DNA of 64,000 nt from Nitrospirota bacterium (GTDB lineage Bacteria > Nitrospirota > Thermodesulfovibrionia > Thermodesulfovibrionales > JdFR-88), in the NCBI GenBank assembly GCA_021789555.1, contig JAJYJK010000009.1, forward strand, positions 5,222-69,221, in the 5' to 3' direction. Of this stretch, positions 41,047 to 50,720 are shown piece by piece (the stretch's first letter is position 1; each line of letters begins with the position of its first letter). The notes under the pieces were generated by a model. It made no database searches, was not told where the DNA came from, and worked only from the letters and a program-made list of their open reading frames with translations. Made by a program: the position numbers and the translations under genes.

Positions 41047-42390
41047 TCAGAACGGCAGCACCACGTCGTGGATGAGCTTCCTTTTCGCCGGCTCCCTGTC
41101 GCTGATCTCGATGCCCGAGAGGAAGACCTCCTCGGCCATTGCAAGGGTTGCGGCCTCGTTCGTGTAGAAGGTAGCAAACGGTTCTTCCGCGCGCACGGCG
41201 TCGCCCGGTTTCTTGCCGATGACGATGCCGGCGGCAGGGTCTATCACGTCATCCATCTTCGCCCTCCCCGCCCCCAGCAGCATCGAGGCCTGGCCGACGG
41301 CAAAGGCGTCCATCCGCCTTATGTATCCGTTCCAGGGCGACAGCACCGGCTTTATGTGCATGGCCCTGGGAAGGAGGGCCGGATTGAAGGCCGCCTCCGG
41401 GTCTCCCTGCTGGGCGTCTATGAACTCGACGAATTTCTTGAAGGCGTCACCGTGCTCTATGTAGTCCCATGCCTCGTCCTTGTACCGCTTGAGGAGGTGC
41501 TCCCCCAGTCTCTGCGGGCGGGTCTCCTCGCTAACGCTGTCGGCAAGGTGGAGCATCCAGGCGGCAAGCGTCATCGTGACCTCCAGGAGGTCGGGCGCGA
41601 ACCTCCCCTTTAAAGCGGATATGCATTCCTTCACCTCGAGGGCGTTGCCCACCGTGCGCCCAAGCGGGGCGTCCATATCGGTAATGACGGCGACGGTCTT
41701 GATGCCGGCCTGGTTGCCGATGCCGACCATGAGGCGCGCAAGCTGCCGCGCCTCATCCATGCCGCGCATAAAACCCCCGGAGCCGGTCTTTACGTCCAGG
41801 ACAAGGGCGTCCAGCCCCTCGGAGAGCTTTTTGCTCATTATGCTTGCCGCGATAAGGGGGGTTGACTCCACGGTGGCAGTCGCGTCCCGCAGGGCGTAGA
41901 GCCTCCTGTCGGCGGGGCCTATCTCATCCGTCTGCCCGCAGATTGAAAAACCCACGTTTTTCACGGTCTCCAGGACCTCCCAGGGCGCGATTTCGGTCCT
42001 GAGCCCCGGGATGGATGCCAGCTTGTCGATTGTCCCGCCAGTGTGTCCAAGGCCCCTGCCCGCTATCGAGGGCATCTTCAGCCCCATTGCGGCCATAAGC
42101 GGGGCCAGTATCAGGTTGGTCTTGTCTCCCACGCCGCCCGTGGAATGCTTGTCTATCTTTATGCCCTGTATGCCGCCAAGCTCCAGGGCCCGGCCGGAGG
42201 CAGCCATCGCCTTTGTAAGCGCGATGGTCTCTTCCTCGCTCATGCCCCTGTTATACACGGACATCAGGAACGCGGACATCTGATAATCAGGCACGGCGCC
42301 CCTGAGGTGCCCTCCCACCAGAAAGGAAATCTCCTCGCCGGAGAGCGCCCCGCCGTCGCGTTTTTTTCTTATCAGGTCCACCGCCCTCAT
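41047..42390 (-). CDS. Thymidine/pyrimidine-nucleoside phosphorylase
   Basis: IRKKRDG..LS..EI, DKHSTGGVGDKT, and the overall family pattern. Confidence 0.9.
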   Translation of the reverse strand: MRAVDLIRKKRDGGALSGEEISFLVGGHLRGAVPDYQMSAFLMSVYNRGMSEEETIALTKAMAASGRALELGGIQGIKIDKHSTGGVGDKTNLILAPLMAAMGLKMPSIAGRGLGHTGGTIDKLASIPGLRTEIAPWEVLETVKNVGFSICGQTDEIGPADRRLYALRDATATVESTPLIAASIMSKKLSEGLDALVLDVKTGSGGFMRGMDEARQLARLMVGIGNQAGIKTVAVITDMDAPLGRTVGNALEVKECISALKGRFAPDLLEVTMTLAAWMLHLADSVSEETRPQRLGEHLLKRYKDEAWDYIEHGDAFKKFVEFIDAQQGDPEAAFNPALLPRAMHIKPVLSPWNGYIRRMDAFAVGQASMLLGAGRAKMDDVIDPAAGIVIGKKPGDAVRAEEPFATFYTNEAATLAMAEEVFLSGIEISDREPAKRKLIHDVVLPF

Positions 42391-42640
42391 GGGATAACTA
42401 GTTTAGATTAAAAAAGACAAAGGCGTCAATTTCCCCCCTTCAATAGCTGCCCTCCCCTTTTCGGGTCCTGGGCGGTTTCCGGCGCAAATCTGTTAGAATA
42501 TTGGCGATATGCCAGGGCCGGGTCTCCATCGTCTCGCAGGGTCGGCCCGGCGCGCCGCGCCGGGAGAGGCGCGCTTTTGCCCGCGCGGCCCTGAAGGCCC
42601 CCGCCGCTTCCGGTCCTTTTAGGGGAGTCTTAAAACAGCC

Positions 42641-43669
42641 ATGAAAAGACAGCTCGCTTTTTTTATCACGGTCTCCCTGGGGCTCATTGCGCTCTACGTG
42701 CTCATTGAGTTTTCGACGCCGGCAAGCCCCTCCAGAGGGGCCGAGGAAGTGCATATCGCCCAGGGCATGACGTTCAGGCAGGCGGCCGCCTTCCTGAAAC
42801 AAAAGGGCTATATAACCGACACCAGGCTCTTTGTCCTTGCGGCCAGGCTCACGGGGGCCGACAGGCGGCTGAAACCGGGTTTCTATGTCCTGAACGGCTC
42901 GATGAGCCCGTGGACAATCTTCGAACTGCTTAAAAACGGCAAGCTGCTCCAAAACGAGGTGACCATAGTGGAGGGCGACAGCCTCCTTGAGATAAGACAA
43001 AAACTCGCGGACAAGCGGATAATGAGCGCGGCGGACTTCGACCGCCTGGCCACGGACCGCGACTTCCTCGCCAAGCTGAACATCGATGCGCCCTCCCTGG
43101 AGGGCTACCTCTTTCCCGACACCTATATGTTCCCGAAGGGCGAGACCCCGGAGCACGTCTTTCAGACGATGGTGGAACGCCTGATGCAGGAATACGGCGG
43201 CCGGCTCAGGGCGAGGACCCAGGCGATGGGCCTCAACTTGAACACGGTCCTCACACTGGCCTCCATCGTGGAGAAAGAGGCGGTGCAGGACAGCGAACGA
43301 CCGATAATCGCCGCGGTCTTTTACAACAGGCTCAAAAAGTCGATGCCGCTCCAGGCCGACCCCACGGCCGTTTATGGGGTGAAACCCTTTTGCGAGGGCG
43401 TGACGAGCGCGGATCTTAAAAGCTGCACCAAATATAATACTTACAGGATAAAGGGCCTGCCGCCAGGGCCCATCGACAGCCCGGGGCTGAAATCCATAAA
43501 GGCGGTCCTTTATCCGGCAAAGGTGGACTACCTCTATTTCGTCTCCAACTATGACGGCACGCACACCTTCTCGGAGACCTATGACGAGCACAAGGAGGCC
43601 ATACTCCACGCGAGGGCTGAGTTGAAGGGAAAGGAAGATGAAGAAGCGAAGGACAACCAGACTCATTAG
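42641..43669 (+). CDS. mltG: Endolytic murein transglycosylase MltG (YceG-like)
   Basis: N-terminal TM segment, LASIVEKEA, YNTYRIKGLPPGPI. Confidence 0.9.
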   Translation: MKRQLAFFITVSLGLIALYVLIEFSTPASPSRGAEEVHIAQGMTFRQAAAFLKQKGYITDTRLFVLAARLTGADRRLKPGFYVLNGSMSPWTIFELLKNGKLLQNEVTIVEGDSLLEIRQKLADKRIMSAADFDRLATDRDFLAKLNIDAPSLEGYLFPDTYMFPKGETPEHVFQTMVERLMQEYGGRLRARTQAMGLNLNTVLTLASIVEKEAVQDSERPIIAAVFYNRLKKSMPLQADPTAVYGVKPFCEGVTSADLKSCTKYNTYRIKGLPPGPIDSPGLKSIKAVLYPAKVDYLYFVSNYDGTHTFSETYDEHKEAILHARAELKGKEDEEAKDNQTH

Positions 43670-44693
43670 GATAGGCGGCGTGCCGGTGGGCGGCGGCAGC
43701 CCGGTTTCCATACAGTCCATGACAAAGACGGACACCAGGGACTCTCAGGCCACCCTCAGGCAGATAAGGGCGCTGAAGAGGGCCGGCTGCGACATAATCC
43801 GTGTGGCTGTGCCCGACATGGAGGCGGCCATGGCTTTAGGGCCGATTAAAAAGGCGTCCCCCATACCCGTCATCGCCGACATACACTTTGACTGGCGCCT
43901 GGCGCTTGAGGCCCTGAGGCAGGGCGTCGACGGCCTGAGGATAAACCCCGGCAATATAGGGGCCGACTGGAAGCTCAAGGAGGTGGTGCTCGCGCTGAAG
44001 GACAGGGCGATACCCGTCCGCGTGGGGGTAAACGCGGGCTCGCTCGAAAAAGGCATCCTGGCCAGATACGGACACCCATGCGCCCCCGCGCTCGTCGAAA
44101 GCGCATTGAGGCAGACCGCCCTGCTGGAGAAATTCGGCCACGACCTGATAAAGGTCTCCCTGAAGGCCTCCAATGTCCCCACTACGGTGGACGCGTACAG
44201 GATGTTCTCGGAGAAGTCCGATTATCCCCTGCACATAGGGATCTCGGAGGCGGGCCCCCCCGCCGTGGGGGTCGTCAAGAGCGCCGTCGGCCTGGGCGTG
44301 CTCCTCTGGGAAGGAATCGGAGACACGATGCGCGTCTCGCTTACGGGAAACCCCGTGCAGGAAGTCCGAACGGCCAGGCAGATACTCCAGGGCCTGGCGA
44401 TGGCGAAAGGGCCGGAGATAATATCCTGCCCGACCTGCGGCCGCACGACGATAGATATCCGGAGGCTTGCCAGCCAGGTGGAAAAAAGGCTGCGCGGGAT
44501 TCAAAAACCGGTAAAGGTCGCGGTCATGGGATGCGTGGTGAACGGGCCTGGAGAGGCCAGCGAGGCCGACTTCGGGGTGACCGGATCGAAAGGGGCCGGC
44601 ATGCTGTTTAAGAAGGGCAAGGTCTTGAAGACCGTAAGGGAAGAGGACCTCCTGGATGAGCTGATGAAGGAGATCGGCAAGTGGAGACCGTAA
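43638..44693 (+). CDS. ispG: 4-hydroxy-3-methylbut-2-en-1-yl diphosphate synthase
   Basis: IGGVPVGGGSPVSIQSMT, RINPGNIG, SCPTCGR, MGCVVNGPGE. Confidence 0.95.
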   Translation: MKKRRTTRLIRIGGVPVGGGSPVSIQSMTKTDTRDSQATLRQIRALKRAGCDIIRVAVPDMEAAMALGPIKKASPIPVIADIHFDWRLALEALRQGVDGLRINPGNIGADWKLKEVVLALKDRAIPVRVGVNAGSLEKGILARYGHPCAPALVESALRQTALLEKFGHDLIKVSLKASNVPTTVDAYRMFSEKSDYPLHIGISEAGPPAVGVVKSAVGLGVLLWEGIGDTMRVSLTGNPVQEVRTARQILQGLAMAKGPEIISCPTCGRTTIDIRRLASQVEKRLRGIQKPVKVAVMGCVVNGPGEASEADFGVTGSKGAGMLFKKGKVLKTVREEDLLDELMKEIGKWRP

Positions 44694-45541
44694 GGCTGCC
44701 CCGCGTGATGCAGGAGACGGCCCTGATGGGAAAAAGGGCCGGCAAGGCAATCGGGTTTGTCCCCACGATGGGCGCGCTCCATGAAGGCCACCTCTCCCTG
44801 GTGAAGGCCGCAAGGTCTGAAAACGACATTGTAGTGGCGAGCATCTTCGTAAACCCGGCCCAGTTTGCCGCGGGCGAGGATTTTGACCGTTACCCGAGGA
44901 CCGTAAGCGATGACCTGGAAAAACTTTCTTCCTCCGGTCTTGCCGATTTCGTGTTCCTGCCGGAGGCGCAAAACATCTATCCTCCCGGCTTTGCCACCCG
45001 CGTGGATGTGGCCGGGCTGTCGGAAAGGATGTGCGGCGCCTTCAGGCCCGGCCATTTTCAGGGGGTTGCCGCCATCGTGCTGAAACTCCTGAACATCGTC
45101 CAGCCTGCGAGGGCCTATTTCGGACAGAAGGACTATCAGCAGTCCGTCATAATAAAGAGGCTGGTGAAGGACCTGAACCTGCCGGTGGAAGTGGTTGTCT
45201 GCCCGACCATGAGGGAGCCTGACGGCCTGGCGATGAGCTCCAGGAACGCCTATCTTTCGCCCAGGCAGCGGAAGGCGGCCCCCGCGCTCTATCGCGCGCT
45301 CCAGGCGGCGGCCTCCGCCATGGCGGAGGGCCGGAGGGACGCCGGCGGGCTCCGGGCGCTCATGCGCCAGGCGCTCCGCGACGAGCCGCTCTTTTCGGCA
45401 GTGGACTACATATCCATCTTCGATGCCGAGACCCTTGAAGAGCTCGAAAATGCGGACAGAAACGTCGTGCTCCTTGCCGGCGCGGCCAGGATCGGCGCCA
45501 CGAGGCTCATAGACAACCTCCTCGTCAATAATTTAAAATAA
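44681..45541 (+). CDS. panC: Pantoate-beta-alanine ligase
   Basis: GFVPTMGALHEGHLSL, SIFVNPAQF, GHFQGVA, MSSRN. Confidence 0.95.
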   Translation: METVRLPRVMQETALMGKRAGKAIGFVPTMGALHEGHLSLVKAARSENDIVVASIFVNPAQFAAGEDFDRYPRTVSDDLEKLSSSGLADFVFLPEAQNIYPPGFATRVDVAGLSERMCGAFRPGHFQGVAAIVLKLLNIVQPARAYFGQKDYQQSVIIKRLVKDLNLPVEVVVCPTMREPDGLAMSSRNAYLSPRQRKAAPALYRALQAAASAMAEGRRDAGGLRALMRQALRDEPLFSAVDYISIFDAETLEELENADRNVVLLAGAARIGATRLIDNLLVNNLK

Positions 45542-45570
45542 TTACGTATCGTCACAGGCAGAAAGAAGGT

Positions 45571-45909
45571 TTGATGCTAAACAGGGTGCACATACAGATA
45601 CTGGACAACCCGACCAACTGGGTCCCCGGCGCGGATGGTTTCGGCGAGCAGGAGCAAAACCAGATGATCGCGGAAGAACTGAGAAACGATCTCAATTACA
45701 ACTACCCCACGGTGACAAGCGTGGAGTACATAGACCTCTTCAACGACGAGAGCGAGAGCTTTCGGGAGATAAGGGAGCTTCTGAACCAGGGGATTATTTC
45801 CGCCCCGGTCGTGCTGATAAACGGCGTGCCGAAGATACACGGGGGGATCCCCTCCATGCTCATCAAGACCGAGGTGGAGAAGATAATATCCTCCGGGCCG
45901 GTCCACTGA
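45571..45909 (+). CDS. Hypothetical protein, YuzD/thioredoxin-fold-like without CxxC
   Basis: 112 aa. The pattern ...VEYIDLFNDESESF...PVVLINGVPK... resembles small thioredoxin-fold proteins. Weak call. Confidence 0.35.
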   Translation: MMLNRVHIQILDNPTNWVPGADGFGEQEQNQMIAEELRNDLNYNYPTVTSVEYIDLFNDESESFREIRELLNQGIISAPVVLINGVPKIHGGIPSMLIKTEVEKIISSGPVH

Positions 45910-46049
45910 TTGAGAGTCTCCGCGCCGGCATAGCTGAGCCCCTTTGAACGCGGCACCGGGACCGGATATCGCGCGATCATCGTCCCCTGTCGGCTTTTCG
46001 TCTGGAATCCGCTATAGCGTGACAGGTTTGTTTTTCAGATAACACGGAC

Positions 46050-46535
46050 ATGGCAAAGAGGAAGAAACATACGGCAGGCGGCCTTCGCATCGTCTCCGTG
46101 ATCGAGGCGGCAAAGGGAATCCTGGTGCTGATTGCCGGTTTCGGCGTGCTCGCATTCATCCACAGCGATCTTCACTCCGTGGCCGAACAGCTCGTCCGGA
46201 ATTCCCATCTGAACCCCGCAAGCCATTATCCGCGAATTTTCATCGATGCCGTCACACGTTTGAATGACAGGCACCTCTGGATCATAGCCCTTTCGGCCCT
46301 GACCTACTCGGTCGTCCGCTTCATCGAGGCCATCGGGCTCTGGCACCAGATGGAGTGGGCCGAATGGTTCGGGGTGCTCACCGGCGGGATATACATCCCC
46401 GTCGAGGCCTTCGAGGTCATTGAAAAAAAGACATGGCCGGTAATCACCCTGCTTCTCGTCAATGCGGGCATCGTGCTGTATCTGGGCCGCGTGCTGTACC
46501 AATCAAGGAAAAGCGCCCGCCGCGCGAAAAAATGA
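46050..46535 (+). CDS. DUF2127-like membrane protein
   Basis: Four TM helices; YSVVRFIEAIGLWHQMEWAEWF. Confidence 0.6.
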   Translation: MAKRKKHTAGGLRIVSVIEAAKGILVLIAGFGVLAFIHSDLHSVAEQLVRNSHLNPASHYPRIFIDAVTRLNDRHLWIIALSALTYSVVRFIEAIGLWHQMEWAEWFGVLTGGIYIPVEAFEVIEKKTWPVITLLLVNAGIVLYLGRVLYQSRKSARRAKK

Positions 46536-46549
46536 CCGGGGCGGGAAGG

Positions 46550-46565
46550 CCCCCCCCCCCCCCCC
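46550..46565. repeat. Poly(C)16 homopolymer between convergent genes
   Basis: 16 consecutive C, flanked by GACCGGGG...GGTC. Confidence 0.9.
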
Positions 46566-46582
46566 GGTCACATCATGGACCT

Positions 46583-46777
46583 CTAGCCTTTTACGTCCTC
46601 GATGTCCTTCCTTATGTCCTGTTCGGACATGTCCTTCCCGTGGAACTGCTTCACGTGCTTTCTGGTTGCCTCTATAATCTCTTTTTCGTCATGGCTTCTG
46701 ATCATGAACCCGCATTCGGGCCCGCAGTCTATCTGCTTCAGATGATGTTTTTTTTCTTTCACATGATGTTCCGGCAT
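46583..46777 (-). CDS. DUF1059-like small metal-binding protein
   Basis: ATG at 46777 with a GGAGGTG SD. IDCGPECGFMIRSHDEKEIIEATRKHVKQFHG. Confidence 0.6.
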   Translation of the reverse strand: MPEHHVKEKKHHLKQIDCGPECGFMIRSHDEKEIIEATRKHVKQFHGKDMSEQDIRKDIEDVKG

Positions 46778-46835
46778 ATCCATCACCTCCTGGTTTAAAG
46801 CTAGCATAGCCGGGGGATAAGTCAAATACGGCATC

Positions 46836-48083
46836 CTACAATTTGGTTATCTTGACCCTCGAAATCTTCCTCTCCTCCATCTCGAGGACGAGGAAGCGCA
46901 GGTCCTGGTATCTGATCTGCTCGCCCACGTTCGGGAGCCTCCCGAAGAGCCCGAAGACGAAACCGCCAAGGGTATGGAACTCGGATTTTATCTCCACCCC
47001 GACAAGCTCTTTCACCTCGTCCAGGCCGGTCTGGCCGGAGACGATGAACGTCCTTTCGTCGATGATCTCCACCTCGCGCCCGGCCTCTATCTCCTCGAAC
47101 TCGTCCTGGAGGCCGCCGACGATCTCCTCCATGATGTCCTCAAAGGTGATGAGGCCGTCCGTGCCGCCGTACTCGTCTATGACTATCGCTATCTGGAATT
47201 TCTTCTTCTGCATCACGTCGAGGAGCTCGCTGAGCATCTTGTTTTCGGGGACGAAATATGGCTCCCTCATTATCTCCGTCACGGGCGTGTCCTCTTTCGC
47301 CCTGCCCTCGGCCATCTTTATCAGGATGTCCTTGACATAGAGGACCCCGGATATGTCGTCTATGTTCTCACCTATCACGGGGAAGCGCGAATACCCCTCT
47401 TCCTTCACAAGCTCCATCGCCGCGGCCACGCTGGCGGTGCTGGGGATCGAGACTATCTCCGTCCTTGGCACCATGACCTCGGAGACCATCATGTCGCCGA
47501 ACTCGAACACCCTGTGCAAAAGCTCCTTCTCTTCCTCCTCGAGCGTGCCCACCTCCTCGCCGATTGTTATGACGGCCTTTATCTCGTCCACGGTCAGGTA
47601 GGAGGGCAGCGGCTCGCGCCTTATGCCTATTGCGTGCAGGAACCGGCTGAAGAGCCAGACGAGGGGGGAGATGATCTTCATGTATATCTGGACCGGTCTT
47701 GCAAGAGACAGGGCGAACTGGTCGGCGTGGGACAGGGCCAGGGTCTTGGGCGTGAGCTCGCCGAATATGACGGTAAGGAGGGTCATTATGACAGTGGCGA
47801 CGATCACCCCCTTAGCGCCCATCAGTCTGACGGCCTCGAGGGTCCCAAGAGACGTTGCGAAGATGGTAAGCAGGTTGGCCGACACTATGACCGCGCTGAA
47901 GAGCCTGTCGGGCTGATCGAGGATCGTCTTGAGGATCCTGGCGCGCTTGTCGTTTTTCTCTATGAGGCCCCTGATCTTGTAACGGTTGGCGGAGATGAAG
48001 GACGCCTCGACGCTTGAGAGCGCGGCTATCGCCAGTATGGAGATGAGGATAAGGATTATGTCAAGTATACTGGGCGGTCCCAT
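46836..48083 (-). CDS. Hemolysin-family/CNNM transporter-associated protein (DUF21-CBS-CorC_HlyC)
   Basis: N-terminal 4-TM DUF21 domain, a CBS pair, and a C-terminal CorC/HlyC domain. Confidence 0.85.
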   Translation of the reverse strand: MGPPSILDIILILISILAIAALSSVEASFISANRYKIRGLIEKNDKRARILKTILDQPDRLFSAVIVSANLLTIFATSLGTLEAVRLMGAKGVIVATVIMTLLTVIFGELTPKTLALSHADQFALSLARPVQIYMKIISPLVWLFSRFLHAIGIRREPLPSYLTVDEIKAVITIGEEVGTLEEEEKELLHRVFEFGDMMVSEVMVPRTEIVSIPSTASVAAAMELVKEEGYSRFPVIGENIDDISGVLYVKDILIKMAEGRAKEDTPVTEIMREPYFVPENKMLSELLDVMQKKKFQIAIVIDEYGGTDGLITFEDIMEEIVGGLQDEFEEIEAGREVEIIDERTFIVSGQTGLDEVKELVGVEIKSEFHTLGGFVFGLFGRLPNVGEQIRYQDLRFLVLEMEERKISRVKITKL

Positions 48084-48102
48084 CTAGAGGAGTCCAAAGG
48101 TA

Positions 48103-49188
48103 TCAGAGGGCCTTCAATTTCTCCATGACGGCAAGAGCCACGCCGGTTGTCGAGGCGGCCGCCGGGTCCTCCGGCGAGGGCAGCATGTCGTAGGTGAGGT
48201 GCCTTCCCTCTTCTATCACGCCGGCAATCGCCCTGCGGAGCCTTCCGGCCGCATCGGTTTCTCCAAGGTGGTTTAGCATCATGACCCCTGATAGCATCAT
48301 AGCAAAGGGGTTCATCTTGTTCAATCCCTTATATTTAGGGGCGCTGCCGTGGGTAGGCTCGAATACCGCGCAACTGCTTCCGACATTTGCGCCCGGGGCA
48401 AGCCCCAACCCTCCTATGAGCCCCGCCGCAAGGTCGGAGACGATGTCCCCATAAAGATTGGGAAGAACGAGCACATCATAGAGTTGAGGCTTTTGGACAA
48501 GCTGCATGCACATATTGTCTATTATCCGGTCTTCAAAGGCCACATCGGGGTAGTCCGAGGCCACCCGTCTCGCCACCTCCAGGAAAAGCCCGTCAGAAAA
48601 CTTCATGATGTTTGCCTTGTGGACGGCGGTGACCTTCTTCCTGCCGTTTTCCCTGGCATACTCGAAGGCGTAACGGACGATGCGCTCGGCGCCGAAGACC
48701 GAGATGGGCTTTATGCTTATGCCCGAGTCCGTCCTGATTTGCTTGCCGGAGAGGCTTCGCACCGTTTCTATGAGGCGGGCGGCCTCCGGGGAGCCCTCCG
48801 AAAATTCTATCCCGGCGTAGAGGTCCTCGGTGTTTTCCCTTACGATGACCAGGTCGATGTCTTTATAAATGGACTTCGAACCCTTGAAACTCACACAGGG
48901 GCGCAGGCAGGCATAGAGGTCCAGCGCCTGCCTCAACTGGACGTTGATGCTCCTGAAACCCTTGCCGACGGGCGTGGTGACCGGGCCCTTTATGGCAACG
49001 CCGTTACGCCTGATGGATTCGATCACCCTGTCTGGAAGCGGGGTGCCCTCTTTTTCATAAACGGCCTCCCCGGCGTCCTGGAAATCCCATTCGAAACGCA
49101 CCCCGGTCGCTTCGAGCACCATGCGGGTCGCCTCGGATATCTCCGGCCCCACTCCGTCGCCCGGTATGAACGTGACCTTATGCATCAA
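48103..49188 (-). CDS. Isocitrate/homoisocitrate dehydrogenase family (NAD-IDH-like)
   Basis: VTFIPGDGVGPEI, HKANIMKFSDGLF, NLYGDIVSDLAAGL. Start is TTG 49188 or ATG 49185. Confidence 0.8.
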   Translation of the reverse strand: MMHKVTFIPGDGVGPEISEATRMVLEATGVRFEWDFQDAGEAVYEKEGTPLPDRVIESIRRNGVAIKGPVTTPVGKGFRSINVQLRQALDLYACLRPCVSFKGSKSIYKDIDLVIVRENTEDLYAGIEFSEGSPEAARLIETVRSLSGKQIRTDSGISIKPISVFGAERIVRYAFEYARENGRKKVTAVHKANIMKFSDGLFLEVARRVASDYPDVAFEDRIIDNMCMQLVQKPQLYDVLVLPNLYGDIVSDLAAGLIGGLGLAPGANVGSSCAVFEPTHGSAPKYKGLNKMNPFAMMLSGVMMLNHLGETDAAGRLRRAIAGVIEEGRHLTYDMLPSPEDPAAASTTGVALAVMEKLKAL

Positions 49189-49244
49189 GAAAACGTGACC
49201 TCCTCAAGAAAACGTGACTCCTCATCAAAAAAACCTGACCTCCT
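49186..49244. repeat. Three tandem 18-22-nt repeats, each carrying a Shine-Dalgarno (minus strand AGGAGGTCACGTTTTCTTG)
   Basis: Copies at 49186..49204, 49205..49222 and 49223..49244. A fourth partial copy AACGTGACCT lies inside the IDH start region at 49169..49178. Confidence 0.75.
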
Positions 49245-50492
49245 CTAAAGGGAGACCGTAAGGATTTTCCTTGCGATATCGGGGTGACTTGCCACGAACC
49301 GCAGTTCGTCGTCTGTAAGGGGTTTCTGCGTATGGAGATTTGCATACTGGACCAGCTCCAGGGTCTGTCTGGCCTCGGCATCGTCTTTAAAACTTATGCC
49401 CAGCTTGTCGTAAACGTATCTGAAACCCTTGACGCCGCCGTAGGCGCCGGTCGTAATCACGCGGCCGGTCTCCGTGATCATCGGCTCGCCCCTGCCCACG
49501 TCCTCGGGGTCGTAAAGCTCGTAGTTTCTCCTGTCCTTGAGCGCGCCGTCGGCATGGATGCCGGACTCATGCGCGAACGCGTTGGCCCCCACGCCGGGCT
49601 GGTTTATGGGTATCGGCAGGCCGAAGGCGTAAGAGGCGTAGCCCGCGATCTTCCATGCCTTGTTCAGATTGGTATGCTCGTCGAGGTGAGCCCTCTCCTT
49701 TAACGCCTGTGAAAATTTCAGCGCCAGCACCGTGGAGACCAGATCGCAGTTGCCGCAGCGCTCGCCGTAGCCGTTTATCGTGGTGTTTATGTAGGAGTCC
49801 ACGCCGCCGTCCACGGCGCCCTGCGCGCCCGCGACCGAGACGGCCTCGGCCATGCCGAGGTCGTTGTGGCAGTGCATCTCGATGTCCATCTTGCCCGCAA
49901 GCGCCAGGGTCTTTATCCGGTCGTAGATCGTAATGGGGTCATCGGCCCCCAATGTGTCGCAGTAGCGGAACCTGTCCGCCCCGGCCTCTTTGCCGGCATG
50001 AATGAACTCTATCAGCCTCTGGATATCGGTCCTCGAACCGTCCTCGGCGTTTACGCCGACCGTCTCGGCCCCGAGGGCCCTGGCCGCCCGCACCGATTTC
50101 TGGAGGGAATCGAGTATGTCGCTCCACTTCCTTCTGCCCTGGAACTTGCCCTGTATCATGATCTCGGAGGTGGAGATGGAGACGTTCAAGTGCTTCAAAT
50201 CGGGACAGTTCCTGAAGGTCAGCTCCACGTCCTCCGGGACCGCCCGGCACCAGCCCTCCAGGTGGAGCCTCTTTATGACGCCAAGCCTGGCAAGCTCCAG
50301 GTTGGCGTTGATATAAGCCACCTCGTGCTTCAGCGTCGGGAAGCCGACCTCGCTCTGGAAGACACCCATCTCGTCCAGATAGATATTCAGCATCGTCTTT
50401 GAGAGTTTTGGAAGCAGGATCCTCGATGTCTGGACCCCGTCCCGGTTCGTAACGTCCACCAGATAAACCCTGTGTTCGGCCATTTTCTCCAA
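49245..50492 (-). CDS. HMGL-like (isopropylmalate/homocitrate synthase family) enzyme; candidate Re-citrate synthase
   Basis: [34 protein letters not shown]. 415 aa with no LeuA regulatory domain. Co-oriented with and 56 nt upstream of the IDH-like gene. Confidence 0.7.
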   Translation of the reverse strand: MEKMAEHRVYLVDVTNRDGVQTSRILLPKLSKTMLNIYLDEMGVFQSEVGFPTLKHEVAYINANLELARLGVIKRLHLEGWCRAVPEDVELTFRNCPDLKHLNVSISTSEIMIQGKFQGRRKWSDILDSLQKSVRAARALGAETVGVNAEDGSRTDIQRLIEFIHAGKEAGADRFRYCDTLGADDPITIYDRIKTLALAGKMDIEMHCHNDLGMAEAVSVAGAQGAVDGGVDSYINTTINGYGERCGNCDLVSTVLALKFSQALKERAHLDEHTNLNKAWKIAGYASYAFGLPIPINQPGVGANAFAHESGIHADGALKDRRNYELYDPEDVGRGEPMITETGRVITTGAYGGVKGFRYVYDKLGISFKDDAEARQTLELVQYANLHTQKPLTDDELRFVASHPDIARKILTVSL

Positions 50493-50720
50493 TCTCCTGA
50501 AAAATAATTAAGCTTTATTATACACGTAAAGGCGCATCTCTTTTCAACATGCGATACAGGCAGAAGGCGAATGGGGGCATGGCTCGCATCATTCTTCTGC
50601 GCCACACGCTCCGTTCACTCATAACAGCACTGCCTCCGCGCTTGTATGGCGGCGGGGTTTTTGTTTTCGGGGTTTGGGGCGAAGCCCCGATTAAATAAAA
50701 AGGGCGGGCGGGATACCTAT

